A stretch of 64,000 nt of DNA, taken from contig DASPSR010000034.1 in the NCBI GenBank assembly GCA_035623825.1, positions 1-64,000 of the forward strand, given 5' to 3'. The DNA comes from Nitrospirota bacterium (GTDB lineage: Bacteria > Nitrospirota > UBA9217). Numbering within the stretch: position 1 is the stretch's first letter; each line of letters starts with the position of its first letter. The notes below the pieces were generated by a model that saw only the letters and a program-made list of their open reading frames with translations, was not told the DNA's origin and did not search any database. This document shows positions 1-9,956 of this stretch, piece after piece. A program made the position numbers and the translations under genes.

Positions 1-181
1 TGGCGTTGTACGTATACCCGCCCTGCAGATAGATGCTCAGGCCGAGCGCCTTCTTCAGGTCGTCGGGATTGAGGCCTGCCGGTTTCGCGTCCTCGGCGAA
101 GGCCGAGGCGGCCAATGCGGCCGCGGCGCAGAACACGGCCAAACCGATCTTCAAACCAAGAATCGAACCAATCTTTTGCAT
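1..181 (-). CDS. 5' part of a secreted/outer-membrane protein, probably a beta-barrel porin (truncated by window edge)
   Basis: Manual translation: MQKIGSILGLKIGLAVFCAAAALAASAFAEDAKPAGLNPDDLKKALGLSIYLQGGYTYN...; Sec signal peptide ending AFA; SD AAGGAGG upstream; alternating beta-strand pattern IYLQGGYTYN. Confidence 0.6.
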   Translation of the reverse strand, partial: MQKIGSILGLKIGLAVFCAAAALAASAFAEDAKPAGLNPDDLKKALGLSIYLQGGYTYNA

Positions 182-310
182 GTTGCCCTCCTTAATTATT
201 CCCCTTGTTTGATGACCGCTCGTTCGAGCAGTACTGTATGACTCTATGAAAGCCTCCGGAGCTTTCGTTGATAATCATAAGAGGCATGACAAATGTCTGC
301 ATTATCATAG

Positions 311-326
311 AGCAAGGCATGTGCCA
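311..326 (-). promoter_or_regulatory. sigma54 (-24/-12) promoter
   Basis: Minus strand TGGCACATGCCTTGCT fits TGGCAC-N5-TTGC (GG-N10-GC), about 130 bp upstream of the ATG at 181. Confidence 0.75.
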
Positions 327-724
327 TTTTTCGTGCAGATGAAGTTTGGATAATAAGAAGCTGATTTTATGGATCAATTTATAGCGGGGTGATGCGCTCT
401 TACATGATGAAGAGTTTTTTTGCAGGTAAGTCTTTAGGCACCTGATTAAGACATGGGCACTGAAATGGAAAAAATCTAAGGGGAGAGGGAGAGAGCACAG
501 CTAAAACTTTACGCAGCCTTATCAGAGTTTCATTGTCGTCGTTTGCCTGACTCTTGCCACACAATGCAAACTGAGGATATGAGACGGAGGGAAATCATGA
601 AAAGCTGAATCTACTGGTAGGTCAACTTGCTCGGCAACGAGATGAGGGGCGGTCGAAAGATCTCTTCATCTGCACGGCCTCATCAGCGAAGTGCTTGACA
701 GTCGAGGGTAGTACACCGGTTTTC

Positions 725-1294
725 TCATTCCTTGCCCTTCTTGCTGAAGCCGTAGGTGCCGATCTTTTCTCCCATCGCCCGGTACTCATGCACTTTCGGA
801 CAGTACAAGACCGGCGCGAGCTTATCGATGATGATTTTGTCCCCGTCGAGGATATCTTCATCGGCATGCGCAGCCACAACTTCTGCGATGAACAGGTCGT
901 GGGTGCCAAGGTAGAGGATCTGCTTTACCTTGCATTCGAGGTTCAGGGGACACTCCTTTATCAGCGGTGCCTTCACCGTATCGGGATCGGTCGTCGTAAA
1001 ACCGACGGTCAGGAACTTGTCCGAATCCTTGCCCGAAACCGAGCCGCAATAATCCGTCTCCTTGAGCCACTTCTGCGACGGAAGGTTCAGCACGAATTCC
1101 ATCGATTCCTTTATGAGCTTATGGGTATGACGTGACGGACGGATCGATATGCCGACCAGGGGAGGATCGGAGCACAGCACGCCTCCCCACGATATCGTTG
1201 CGATGTTCGGTTTCCCCTCCTCGCCCTGCGCGCTGATGAGCATCACCGGGGCTGGATACAGATAGGTTGACGGCTTAAGACGCTTTTTCGGCAT
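725..1294 (-). CDS. flavin reductase family protein (DIM6/NTAB, flavoredoxin-like)
   Basis: LYPAPVMLIS, NIATISW, CGSVSG..DKF, APLIKECPLNLECKV, GTHDLFIAEV; start moved to ATG 1294 after SD GGAGGA. Confidence 0.9.
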   Translation of the reverse strand: MPKKRLKPSTYLYPAPVMLISAQGEEGKPNIATISWGGVLCSDPPLVGISIRPSRHTHKLIKESMEFVLNLPSQKWLKETDYCGSVSGKDSDKFLTVGFTTTDPDTVKAPLIKECPLNLECKVKQILYLGTHDLFIAEVVAAHADEDILDGDKIIIDKLAPVLYCPKVHEYRAMGEKIGTYGFSKKGKE

Positions 1295-1387
1295 AGGTCC
1301 TCCGTGTGACACGATACGAGACGCCTGATGTTTTTGCCCTGTTGTTCTGCCGTTTACCGGGAATTCGGCATCCTGGGTCCATCCTTA

Positions 1388-2059
1388 TCAGGTGCCCGTC
1401 CTCGTCGTCCGGGACTCATAGTGAGTCCCTTTTTTGCTCACCTCGACAGCTTCCCATCCTTCCCGGACTATGAGCGGAAGCATCAGAAGCGCAGACACCG
1501 TATCCACCCACCACCACCCGAACCATGCATTCAAACCGAGCCCCAGGAAAAGGACGAGCGCTAGGTACGCGTAAACCGCGGTCACCCATGCATCGATTCG
1601 GAGGATCCTGCTCTCAAGACCCCGCACAATGCGGAACTTCATGAACGCCAATGCCGGCATGCCGATGAGGAGCAGGCCGGAGAGGATGAGGCCGGCAACG
1701 CTTATTTCTGGCTTCTCGCGGTAATAGAGCCGTGATCCGGACTCATTCAGGGAATATAACGCCAGGAGAAAGAAGGAAACGCCGACCGCGAACAGTATTT
1801 TCCGCTCCATTCCGGTATACGTCTCCTTGCCCTCCTGTCCTCGAAGTTCAGAGCGAAGCCGCAGCAGCATCATGCTGGTCAAGACGGGTCCGATGATACT
1901 GTCCAAGCCGAAGGTTATGAGCGCTACCGACCCGGTTGCAATACCTGTCACTCCGGCGACAAGCGCCCCAAGCAGGTTCAAACCGATGGTGAGATATTGA
2001 AGCCTTATCCCTTTTTTGAGAAGATCTGCCCTCTCCGTACCCTGGCCGTTGGCCACCAT
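1388..2059 (-). CDS. CDF-like cation efflux membrane protein (transmembrane domain only)
   Basis: About 6 hydrophobic helices, GSVALITFGLDS and GWWWVD motifs; ATG 2059 after GGGGG. Confidence 0.7.
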   Translation of the reverse strand: MVANGQGTERADLLKKGIRLQYLTIGLNLLGALVAGVTGIATGSVALITFGLDSIIGPVLTSMMLLRLRSELRGQEGKETYTGMERKILFAVGVSFFLLALYSLNESGSRLYYREKPEISVAGLILSGLLLIGMPALAFMKFRIVRGLESRILRIDAWVTAVYAYLALVLFLGLGLNAWFGWWWVDTVSALLMLPLIVREGWEAVEVSKKGTHYESRTTRTGT

Positions 2060-2088
2060 TACCCCCAAGATGTATCAGGATGTGTTCC

Positions 2089-2117
2089 ATTTTATACATC
2101 AAGGGCATGCTTGTCAA
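2089..2117 (-). promoter_or_regulatory. sigma70 promoter of the CDF-like gene
   Basis: TTGACA-17 bp-TAAAAT on minus strand. Confidence 0.6.
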
Positions 2118-2236
2118 CAATTCGCATTTAGGCTCCCGGAGGCCGGATAAAGATAAATGCTCCAAAAAATCATATTCTGCTAAAGCACTCTCAGCGCCCG
2201 GCTACTGGGCGCCCTGCTCCGCACTCGCAATTCTCA

Positions 2237-3454
2237 TTAATACTGCCGGTCTCCTGACGGCCTCCATGCGGGGGAGATGACCCGCGCATGCCGGTACCGT
2301 TCGGCGAGCGTCCCCCAGGTGATAGTGAATTCGCCGTATCGGTCATTGATCCCGTCCATGGCCTCTGCGACGGACTTCCGCTTCCGCTCATCGACGAATA
2401 GCGGTATCTGTACCACGTTCCTCTCGAGGGTCGATACGCTCACGCCCACGAGCCTCACCGGCTGCAGGAGGTCGGTCTCTCGGAGAATGCTCTGGGCCGC
2501 CGCGTAGAGGTCCAGTCCGTGGCTCACGGCATGGCGAAGCCGCCGTTGCTTCGAGAACGTATGGAAGTCCGCATACCGGAAGATGAGGGACACGGTGCGT
2601 CCGCTGTAGAGACCCCGTCTCAGCCTGCGCCCAACCCGCTCCGAAAGCTGGAGGATATGGCGCTCGATCATGGCGATATCCGAGCAGTCCTCATCGAGGG
2701 TCATGCTGTGGCCTATGGATTTCGCCTCTCCCTCTTCCACTGGCTTCATGGACTCCACGGGATCATCGTCCATGCCGAGCCCCATGTTGCGGAGCCGCTC
2801 ACCAATGATCCCGAACCGGTCGGCGAGCTGTTGGAGCGGAGCGCGGCCGAGATCTCCGCAGGTATGAATTCCCATAGCCGCAAGATGACGGGTAAGGTTC
2901 GGCCCGATGCCGCACAATTCCTTTACCGACAGGTCTTCGAGCACCTCGGTAACATCGTCGGGAGAGATGAGCACGAGCCCATCGGGTTTCTGCATGTCGC
3001 TCCCCAGTTTAGCGAGAAGTTTGTTCGGCCCGATGCCGATGGAACAGGTCAAGCCGGTCTCGAGCCAGATCCGCTCTTTTATCTGCACGGCGATCCGTAC
3101 GGGATCACCGAAAAGAGCTTCGCACCCCGTCACATCCAGGAACGCTTCGTCGATGGAGAACAACTCGACAAGCGGCGTGAAATCTTTCCATATTTCGATC
3201 AGTCGCTCGCAGGTATAGGAATATTTCGCCGAATCAGCGGACACCAAGATGATGTCCGGACAGGCGCGACGCGCCTCCCAGTACATCATTCCTGTCTTCA
3301 CGCCGAAGGCCCGCGCCTCGTACGACGGGGAAAGAATGACGCCCCGGTGTTCGGAACCCACAACGGCAATGGCCTTGCCCCGGAGCGCCTGGTCCGCCCG
3401 CTGCTCAACCGAGGCGAAGAAGGCGTTCATGTCGATATGAATAATATTTTTCAC
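2237..3454 (-). CDS. dinB: Y-family DNA polymerase IV
   Basis: HIDMNAFFASVE, SYEARAFGV, SIDEAFLD, LAKLGSDMQKPDG, GIG helix-hairpin-helix, little-finger VRLVGV; probable GTG start at 3454. Confidence 0.93.
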   Translation of the reverse strand: MKNIIHIDMNAFFASVEQRADQALRGKAIAVVGSEHRGVILSPSYEARAFGVKTGMMYWEARRACPDIILVSADSAKYSYTCERLIEIWKDFTPLVELFSIDEAFLDVTGCEALFGDPVRIAVQIKERIWLETGLTCSIGIGPNKLLAKLGSDMQKPDGLVLISPDDVTEVLEDLSVKELCGIGPNLTRHLAAMGIHTCGDLGRAPLQQLADRFGIIGERLRNMGLGMDDDPVESMKPVEEGEAKSIGHSMTLDEDCSDIAMIERHILQLSERVGRRLRRGLYSGRTVSLIFRYADFHTFSKQRRLRHAVSHGLDLYAAAQSILRETDLLQPVRLVGVSVSTLERNVVQIPLFVDERKRKSVAEAMDGINDRYGEFTITWGTLAERYRHARVISPAWRPSGDRQY

Positions 3455-3552
3455 AATCCCTATTCCCTGTGCACCTGCACTGAAAACACATATATCGTTC
3501 ACGGCAAATCCTTGCTAGACGTCTCGCGTCTTGCATCATGAGGGAGATAGCT

Positions 3553-3801
3553 TTACCCGTGCTCCTTGCTGGCGGATAGCTTCCATCCCATCGACTCGGC
3601 GTTATAGCAGATTTCATACAGTCCCTGCCCGTCCGTCACCGAGAAGTGGAAGATACACGCGCCGCCTGCCCTCGTCTTCCAAGTAAAGGTGATTTCCCGG
3701 ATCCGGATCTGCCTTCCGTTCCAGACAAACCAGACCGGTCTAATGATGCCGCGGGAAAAAATCGCCGCCACGTTTATCGGTTCGTTGATCTCTACCGCCA
3801 T
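3553..3801 (-). CDS. small beta-rich hypothetical protein upstream of dinB (DUF6504/ImuB-C-terminus-like pattern)
   Basis: 82 aa: P..F.W.GR...I......W......HFSV.....LYEI......W.L; ATG lies 7 nt after a TATACT -10 box. Confidence 0.7.
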   Translation of the reverse strand: MAVEINEPINVAAIFSRGIIRPVWFVWNGRQIRIREITFTWKTRAGGACIFHFSVTDGQGLYEICYNAESMGWKLSASKEHG

Positions 3802-3808
3802 AGGACAT

Positions 3809-3837
3809 AGTATAGTGAACAATTGTTCACCTGTCAA
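3809..3837 (-). promoter_or_regulatory. sigma70 promoter with a LexA-type operator in its spacer
   Basis: TTGACA (3837-3832)-17 bp-TATACT (3814-3809); the spacer holds the perfect 16-bp palindrome GTGAACAATTGTTCAC (3815-3830) = GAAC-N4-GTTC. Confidence 0.85.
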
Positions 3838-4218
3838 GAGGCAAATCGCTGAACCCCTTCTCCTTCAGCAACTGCTCAATAAACAAAAGCTTTTCCATAA
3901 TCCACTGGAAATCTGAAAGGTTATCAACAAGCACTTGACCGCGTCGATCTTGCATTTGATCATCAATGAAGAGATCTTTTTTGACGGATCAGAAGAGAGC
4001 GGCGACATCTAGGCGCTTGAATATCGAGGGTACCAGGCAGCAGCTAATCAGGACTTAATCTATATATTTCAGAAGAGAGCGAAGAGCGATGCGAGGTAGT
4101 AATTAGCGGGATAGATTGGACGCGATCATATCATTGAAGGAAATAATCAAGGCATTATTTGCATTGAAGGAACCTCGAAGGTCCCGGATGGACTTACAAA
4201 ATTTCTCCGGATTCTGGA

Positions 4219-4623
4219 CTAATGCTCCTTAAGGTACTTTCCGAATTTCATATCGATCTTCATGATATGGTCGACGATCCAGTCCACGACCACCTGGTTC
4301 GTGGTCGCTGATAGATCGTAGGAACTGCCCGAGACCCGCGGAAGCGACGCCTGCACCTTGAGTTCGGCGAGGGCGGCCAGATATTTTTTATGGTCCTCCC
4401 GCTGCTCTTCTAACCCGGGGTAATTGGTCTCCCGCATATGCTTTTCTTCCGCGGAAAAATGGACCCGCGCGTAGTCATCGAGGAATTTGATTGTGCCGTC
4501 GATCTCTTCCTTGCACCGGCGCTCTTTAATGGCCAGAACTAGTTTATTGATCCTCTTGAACAGTTCTTTATGTTGGCTATCGATCGCAGGGATGCCGATT
4601 GATAATTTTTCCGTCCACTCCAT
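4219..4623 (-). CDS. bacteriohemerythrin
   Basis: MEWTEKLSIGIPAIDSQHKELF, HFSAEE, YP, W..DHIMKID; SD GGAGGAG. Confidence 0.9.
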   Translation of the reverse strand: MEWTEKLSIGIPAIDSQHKELFKRINKLVLAIKERRCKEEIDGTIKFLDDYARVHFSAEEKHMRETNYPGLEEQREDHKKYLAALAELKVQASLPRVSGSSYDLSATTNQVVVDWIVDHIMKIDMKFGKYLKEH

Positions 4624-4759
4624 AAGGCCTTCTCCTCCGGAGGTTGTCGTGTATCAGATATTAACAAGCGCCATGCGGGTTGTCAAGACAGGGGTATTCG
4701 AACGACGATATGATTCAATAAAATTTGACTCCTGGCTTCAAAACGGTTAATTTATTGGC

Positions 4760-5551
4760 ATGAAAACAGCCGTCGAGATGTACAAGCTCCTGCCCAAGAT
4801 TAACTGCGGCAAGTGCGGGACCGCGAGCTGTTTCGGCTTTGCCGCCAAGCTGGCCACACACCAGGCCTCGCCCGATGACTGCCCTGCAATGACAAAGGCA
4901 GCGCGGGAAGCCCTTCGCGAAGCAGATGAGGGCCGGCGCGATTCCCCCGGCACGGTCTATGAGCAGGCGCTGGAGTCTCTACAGCCCAAGATCCGGGCAT
5001 TGGACTTCACGAAGGTGGCGGCCCTTTTCGGCGCAAGACTCACCGGTAGCGACAGCCTTGAGGTCGTGTTCTTGAACGAGTGGTATAAGGTCACCAAAGA
5101 AAAGATAGTGACCGCGTCAGGGAAGGAACCGAGGCCCTGGATATCGATCCTCATCTACAATCATCTCTGCATGCCGGACCCGCCCGCTCCTTCCGGGGAA
5201 TGGATCACCTTCAGCTCGGTTCCGGCATCTCACGCAAAGGACAAGGCATGGTCAGGCCATGTTGAAGAGGTGATAGCCAAGCATTTTGCGGGCAATGTAG
5301 GAGGATTGAAAGATGCCTGCGGACGGATGGGAGGCGTACAGGCAGAGATGAGGGGGAACCATGACGCAGCGTATGAATTTCGGCTGTTTCCCCACTATCC
5401 GGTCCTGCTCCTGTTCTACGATGCCGTTCCGGATGAGAACTTTCCTGCCCAGTGCAAGCTGCTGCTGGACGAAACCGCTCCGAAATATCTGGACATTGAG
5501 TCAATTGTTGTTCTGGGCGAGGAATTGGCAGGAAGAATAACCGCCGTCTGA
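4760..5551 (+). CDS. N-terminal 4Fe-4S (Fe-S binding) domain plus DUF3786-like domain protein
   Basis: LPKINCGKCGTASCFGFA...CP cluster motif; C-terminal W..F..VP, FP..PV.L.FYD...NFPAQCKLL.D, YLDIE. Confidence 0.8.
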   Translation: MKTAVEMYKLLPKINCGKCGTASCFGFAAKLATHQASPDDCPAMTKAAREALREADEGRRDSPGTVYEQALESLQPKIRALDFTKVAALFGARLTGSDSLEVVFLNEWYKVTKEKIVTASGKEPRPWISILIYNHLCMPDPPAPSGEWITFSSVPASHAKDKAWSGHVEEVIAKHFAGNVGGLKDACGRMGGVQAEMRGNHDAAYEFRLFPHYPVLLLFYDAVPDENFPAQCKLLLDETAPKYLDIESIVVLGEELAGRITAV

Positions 5552-5672
5552 ACGCAAAGTGCACGGAGCGCGACGCAATGGCCATTATGCCTCCATGTCT
5601 GTTCCCTTCGCACTGCTCCATGCACGCAAGCGGCATCATGAAACACGGAGAGCCAAAAAAGTTTGGCTCATT

Positions 5673-6464
5673 TTATTCCTCTCCCCTGCTCCCCGACATC
5701 TGCCCACGGCGCATGGCATAGATCAGATACTCCACGTTCCCATCCTGCCCGGTAATCGGCGATGGGATGACGCCCTTCACATCAAACCCCTGTTCACGAA
5801 CGAACGCGACGATCCGGGTTACCGCTTCCGTGCGCGCCACTTCGTCCCGTACGATCCCTCCCTTGCCCACCTGGCCCTTCCCCACTTCGAACTGCGGCTT
5901 GATGAGCGCGATCATCTCTGCATCAAGTTTGAGAAATTTCAGGACGGCAGGAATGACCTTTTCGAGGGATATGAACGAAACGTCAGCGACTGCGATATCA
6001 ATAGGATCGGGCAGAAGCGCGGGCTCGATCCCGCGTATGTTCGTACGCTCAATAGTGACAACACGGGAATCCTGTCGGAGCTTCCACGCCATCTGGCCGT
6101 AGCCCACGTCAACGGCGTAGACCTTCTTTACCCCGTGCTGGAGCAGACAATCCGTGAACCCTCCGGTCGATGCACCTACGTCCAGGGCGATCTTGTCCTC
6201 CACCGTGATTCGAAACTCTTTTAGCGCCGCTTCAAGCTTGAGACCTCCTCTGCTCACGAAAGGAGGCGTCTCGCCAATGATGCGCAGTGCAGCGTCTTCC
6301 TCCACGAGCGTACCGGCCTTTTCCTGTTTTTGACCGTTCACGAGAACTTGTCCTGCAAAAATCAAGACCTGCGCCCTTTCCCGGCTCTCTGCCAGACCCC
6401 GGTCGACGAGAAGCCGGTCGAGGCGTAATCTACCGGTTCTTTTTGTCTTTTTCTCGGGCATCAT
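5673..6464 (-). CDS. tlyA: TlyA family rRNA 2'-O-methyltransferase
   Basis: S4 domain RLDRLLV, FVSRGGLKL, LDVGASTGGFTD, DVSFISL, LIKPQFE, GNVEY. Confidence 0.95.
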   Translation of the reverse strand: MMPEKKTKRTGRLRLDRLLVDRGLAESRERAQVLIFAGQVLVNGQKQEKAGTLVEEDAALRIIGETPPFVSRGGLKLEAALKEFRITVEDKIALDVGASTGGFTDCLLQHGVKKVYAVDVGYGQMAWKLRQDSRVVTIERTNIRGIEPALLPDPIDIAVADVSFISLEKVIPAVLKFLKLDAEMIALIKPQFEVGKGQVGKGGIVRDEVARTEAVTRIVAFVREQGFDVKGVIPSPITGQDGNVEYLIYAMRRGQMSGSRGEE

Positions 6465-6760
6465 GCGCTATTCGTGCTACCGTGATCAAAGAATATCTGG
6501 ATCCATTCCCGAAAGGAATGCTCCTCCCATTGCAGCATGAAATCCATCCTTGTCCGGGTCGGGGCGGGGATTTTTTGCGAACTCCACGGGCCGGCGCAGC
6601 GGCCAAGGGCATTTTTGCGGCCAGAAAAGGAGGTGAAGGATGAACGCGGGACACTGTGTCGTGGATATGATGCGACTTCCGGAAAACTGCAGAGTGAAAA
6701 GAAGGTCGGCTCCGTCATGCGTAATTATTCTTTTCTTTTTGCATCGATATGACAATATAC

Positions 6761-6794
6761 AAAAAAAGGCGCTAAGAAATCTCTTAGCGCCTTT
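6761..6794 (-). terminator. intrinsic terminator after dxs
   Basis: AAAGGCGCTAAGA-4 nt loop-TCTTAGCGCCTTT hairpin followed by a U-run on the minus strand, 12 nt past the dxs stop. Confidence 0.85.
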
Positions 6795-6806
6795 CCTATT
6801 TCCCTT

Positions 6807-8735
6807 TCAGCGTCCCTTCGCATCCATCATCTTAAGAACAGCGAACGGTGCCAGTGCCTTGAGCCGGGACCGCATTACGAAATCCCTTACCGTCGCATAA
6901 ATGCCGTCCGCGTCCAAGCCGTACTTCTGCCTGAGCACGCCCTGCGACCCGTGTTCGATATACTCGTCAGGAAGGCCGATGCGCAATGTCTTTACCCCGC
7001 TCATGAGGGATGCGTCCAGACATTCGAGCACAGCGCTGCCGAACCCGCCGAGGAGCGCATGTTCCTCCGCGGTCACGATCCTGCACGTTTTCTTCGCCAA
7101 AGCAAGAATGAGTTCAGCATCAAGGGGTTTAACGAAACGTGCATTCACCACCGCAGCAGTGATTCCGTCGGCTGCAAGCCGCTTGGCGGCAGCGAGCGAC
7201 GGATAGACCATACTTCCGATGGCTATGATCGCGACATCGTTCCCGTCCAACATCAGCTCGGCTTTGCCGATGTCGAGCTTCTTCAATTCCTGGTCCATTG
7301 GAACACCGTACCCTGTACCGCGCGGATAACGCACGGCCGTGGGACCTGGATGCTCGACTGCGGTCCTGATCATGTGCTGGAGCTCGTTCTCGTCCTTCGG
7401 AGCCATCACGACCATGTTTGGCACATGGCGGAGGTACGCGATATCGAATGCTCCGTGGTGAGTGGGACCGTCCTCGCCCACAAGCCCGGCGCGGTCGAGC
7501 GCAAGTGTTACAGGCAAATTCTGAAGGCAGAGGTCGTGCACTATCTGGTCGTAGGCGCGCTGGGTAAATGTGGAATAGATGGCGGCCACGGGGTGCAGCC
7601 CTTCCACCGCGAGCCCGCACGCGAACGTAACGCCGTGGGACTCGGCAATCCCTACATCGAAGAACCGGTCGGGGAACTGAGCTGCGAACTTGTCCAGCCC
7701 TGTCCCGTCCGACATGGCGGCCGATATGGCAACGATTCTGCTGTTGTCCGTTGCCAGTTTCATCATGGTCTGCCCAAAGACCTCGGTATAGCTCAACACC
7801 TGGGATTTCCTGCCTACCTTGCCCGTCTCCCGGTCGAAGGGAGGCGTGCCGTGATATTGCGACGGATCGCACTCCGCAAATTTGCAGCCTTTTCCCTTCT
7901 TGGTTATCACATGCACGAGGACCGGCCAGCTGTAATTTTTAATGTTCTGAAAGGTCCCGAGCAGATGGTGGATATTATGCCCGTCAATAGGCCCGATGTA
8001 TTGGAACCCGAGGTCTTCAAACAGCATGCCGGGGACCATCAGCCCCTTGATGGAATCCTCCGCCTTCTTTGCAAAGTTGAACATGGATTCGCCGACCCTG
8101 GGAATGCCCTGGAGGAAGTTTTTTGTCTCCTTACGAAGCCTGGTGTAGAAATTGCCGGTCATCAGCCGGCTGAGGTACGAAGAAAGAGCGCCGACATTTG
8201 GGGAGATCGACATCTCGTTGTCGTTCAGGATCACAACCAGATTTTTTTTCAGGTGTCCGGCCTGGTTCAACCCCTCAAAAGCGAGCCCTGCGGAGATTGA
8301 GCCGTCCCCGATCACGGCAATTACCTTGAAGTCTTCGCCCTTGATGTCCCGCGCCGCAATCATTCCCAGCGCCGCCGAAATCGATGTGCTCGCATGCCCG
8401 ACATCAAAATGGTCGAAGAGGCTCTCTTCCCTCTTGGGAAACCCGCTTATGCCCCCGTGCTGGCGGAGCGTGGAAAACTGGGATCGCCTGCCCGTGAGGA
8501 TCTTATGCGCGTACGTCTGATGCCCCACATCCCACACGATGCGGTCGTTAGGAGTGTCAAAGGCATAGTGAAGGGCGATCGTCAGGTCGACTACGCCGAG
8601 GCTCGGGGCAAGATGTCCTCCGGTCCTTGACACGACATCGATGATTTCCTGCCTGATCTCGGAAGCGAGTTCCGGAAGCTCCTCCTCGGGAATTTCCCGC
8701 AGGTCATTGACGGAATGTATCTTGTCGATTATCAT
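6807..8735 (-). CDS. dxs: 1-deoxy-D-xylulose-5-phosphate synthase
   Basis: [53 protein letters not shown]. Confidence 0.98.
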   Translation of the reverse strand: MIIDKIHSVNDLREIPEEELPELASEIRQEIIDVVSRTGGHLAPSLGVVDLTIALHYAFDTPNDRIVWDVGHQTYAHKILTGRRSQFSTLRQHGGISGFPKREESLFDHFDVGHASTSISAALGMIAARDIKGEDFKVIAVIGDGSISAGLAFEGLNQAGHLKKNLVVILNDNEMSISPNVGALSSYLSRLMTGNFYTRLRKETKNFLQGIPRVGESMFNFAKKAEDSIKGLMVPGMLFEDLGFQYIGPIDGHNIHHLLGTFQNIKNYSWPVLVHVITKKGKGCKFAECDPSQYHGTPPFDRETGKVGRKSQVLSYTEVFGQTMMKLATDNSRIVAISAAMSDGTGLDKFAAQFPDRFFDVGIAESHGVTFACGLAVEGLHPVAAIYSTFTQRAYDQIVHDLCLQNLPVTLALDRAGLVGEDGPTHHGAFDIAYLRHVPNMVVMAPKDENELQHMIRTAVEHPGPTAVRYPRGTGYGVPMDQELKKLDIGKAELMLDGNDVAIIAIGSMVYPSLAAAKRLAADGITAAVVNARFVKPLDAELILALAKKTCRIVTAEEHALLGGFGSAVLECLDASLMSGVKTLRIGLPDEYIEHGSQGVLRQKYGLDADGIYATVRDFVMRSRLKALAPFAVLKMMDAKGR

Positions 8736-8821
8736 AGCGTACCTCGTAACGGATTAGTGTCCAGCAGCCAGGGTCGCGAATATCCGATTGCCGCACGAAA
8801 ATTCCCGACCCTAAACCTGAT

Positions 8822-9712
8822 TTAGTGTCCTCTGTTTATTATGTACGTCGCCAGCTCCCTGAGCGGGTCGGCCTTTCGGTCAAAATCCTTCAGCGCTGTA
8901 ATGGCCTGGTCCGCGACTTCCCTCGCCCGCCGCCGGGATTCCTCAAGTCCGAAGAAGCTCGGATATGTCTTTTTACCTTTTTCCAGGTCGCTCCCGACAT
9001 CCTTGCCAAGTTCTTCCTGCTTCCCGGTAATATCGAGGATATCGTCGGCGATCTGAAACGCCAGCCCCACCATTTCCCCGTACCTCGTCATCGAAGCCAT
9101 CTGACGGGGTCCCGCCTTCGCATAGATGGCCCCCACCCTTACAGAGGCGCGGATGAGAGCGCCTGTCTTGTGCGTATGGATATATTCGAGGGTCGGTAAA
9201 TCGATCTCTTTGCCCTCGGACTCGATATCAACGACCTGTCCGCCCACCATGCCGAACGCTCCAGAGGCGGTTGAGATCTCCCTGATAATCGCAAGCATCC
9301 TGTTCGACGAAATGGATTTCAGGCGGCGTGGATCGGACAGGACTTCGAAGGCCATCGTGAGCAGGCCGTCGCCGGCCAGAATGGCTATGGCCTCACCATA
9401 TGCCTTGTGGCACGTCGGTCTGCCTCGCCTGAAATCGTCGTCGTCCATGGCTGGAAGATCGTCATGAATCAGCGAGTAGGTATGTATAAGCTCCAGAGAT
9501 CCGGCGATGGGGAGCAGATCTGCTGTCTTCACGCCGAACGCTTCTGCAGCAGCAATTGCCAGGATGGGCCTGACCCGTTTGCCGCCGGCAAACAGGCTGT
9601 ATCGCATGGCCTCATGGACCGGGGCTGGAAAGGTTTTCGCAGGCGGTACAAGTCTTTCGAGCTCTTTGTCTACGATGTCTTTTTTCTTGGACAAGAATCC
9701 TTTGATTTCCAT
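8822..9712 (-). CDS. ispA: farnesyl/geranylgeranyl diphosphate synthase
   Basis: GGKRVRP, SLIHDDLPAMDDDDFRRG, KTGAL, FQIADDILD, GK.TYP; lies between xseB and dxs. Confidence 0.95.
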   Translation of the reverse strand: MEIKGFLSKKKDIVDKELERLVPPAKTFPAPVHEAMRYSLFAGGKRVRPILAIAAAEAFGVKTADLLPIAGSLELIHTYSLIHDDLPAMDDDDFRRGRPTCHKAYGEAIAILAGDGLLTMAFEVLSDPRRLKSISSNRMLAIIREISTASGAFGMVGGQVVDIESEGKEIDLPTLEYIHTHKTGALIRASVRVGAIYAKAGPRQMASMTRYGEMVGLAFQIADDILDITGKQEELGKDVGSDLEKGKKTYPSFFGLEESRRRAREVADQAITALKDFDRKADPLRELATYIINRGH

Positions 9713-9722
9713 GCCTGCGGGA

Positions 9723-9956
9723 CTAGTCCCCCTCTTTCTCTTCAAAGGGTTGAGCTGTGACCGTGCCGTTCTTGCTTTTCAGCAGAATTTCCACCCGTCT
9801 CTCAGCCTCCTCCAGCCGCTTATTGCAGAGGCGGGAAAGCTTTATGCCTTCTTCGAACAGTTTGAGCGACTGCTCCAGCGGAAGGTCGCCTGTCTCAAGT
9901 TTCTTCACGATCTCTTCGAGCCGAGCGAGCGCAGCCTCGAACTTTTTTTCCGCCAT
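9723..9956 (-). CDS. xseB: exodeoxyribonuclease VII small subunit
   Basis: FEAALARLEEIVKKLETGDLPLEQSLKLFEEG...C...L..AE. Confidence 0.95.
   Translation of the reverse strand: MAEKKFEAALARLEEIVKKLETGDLPLEQSLKLFEEGIKLSRLCNKRLEEAERRVEILLKSKNGTVTAQPFEEKEGD

Noticed and set aside
3891-3929. Three DnaA-box-like 9-mers (TTTTCCATA, TAATCCACT, TTATCAACA) as a replication origin
   Set aside because: All are mismatched, and there is no dnaA/dnaN context or clear unwinding element
6430-6755. Minus-strand small ORFs between dxs and tlyA
   Set aside because: Three overlapping frames, none with a convincing SD or protein-like motif
6951-8300. 449-aa plus-strand ORF and other long antisense ORFs (e.g. 2519-3541, 20403-21410, 38493-39482, 41351-42253)
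   Set aside because: Shadow frames opposite well-supported genes in GC-rich DNA; no recognisable motifs
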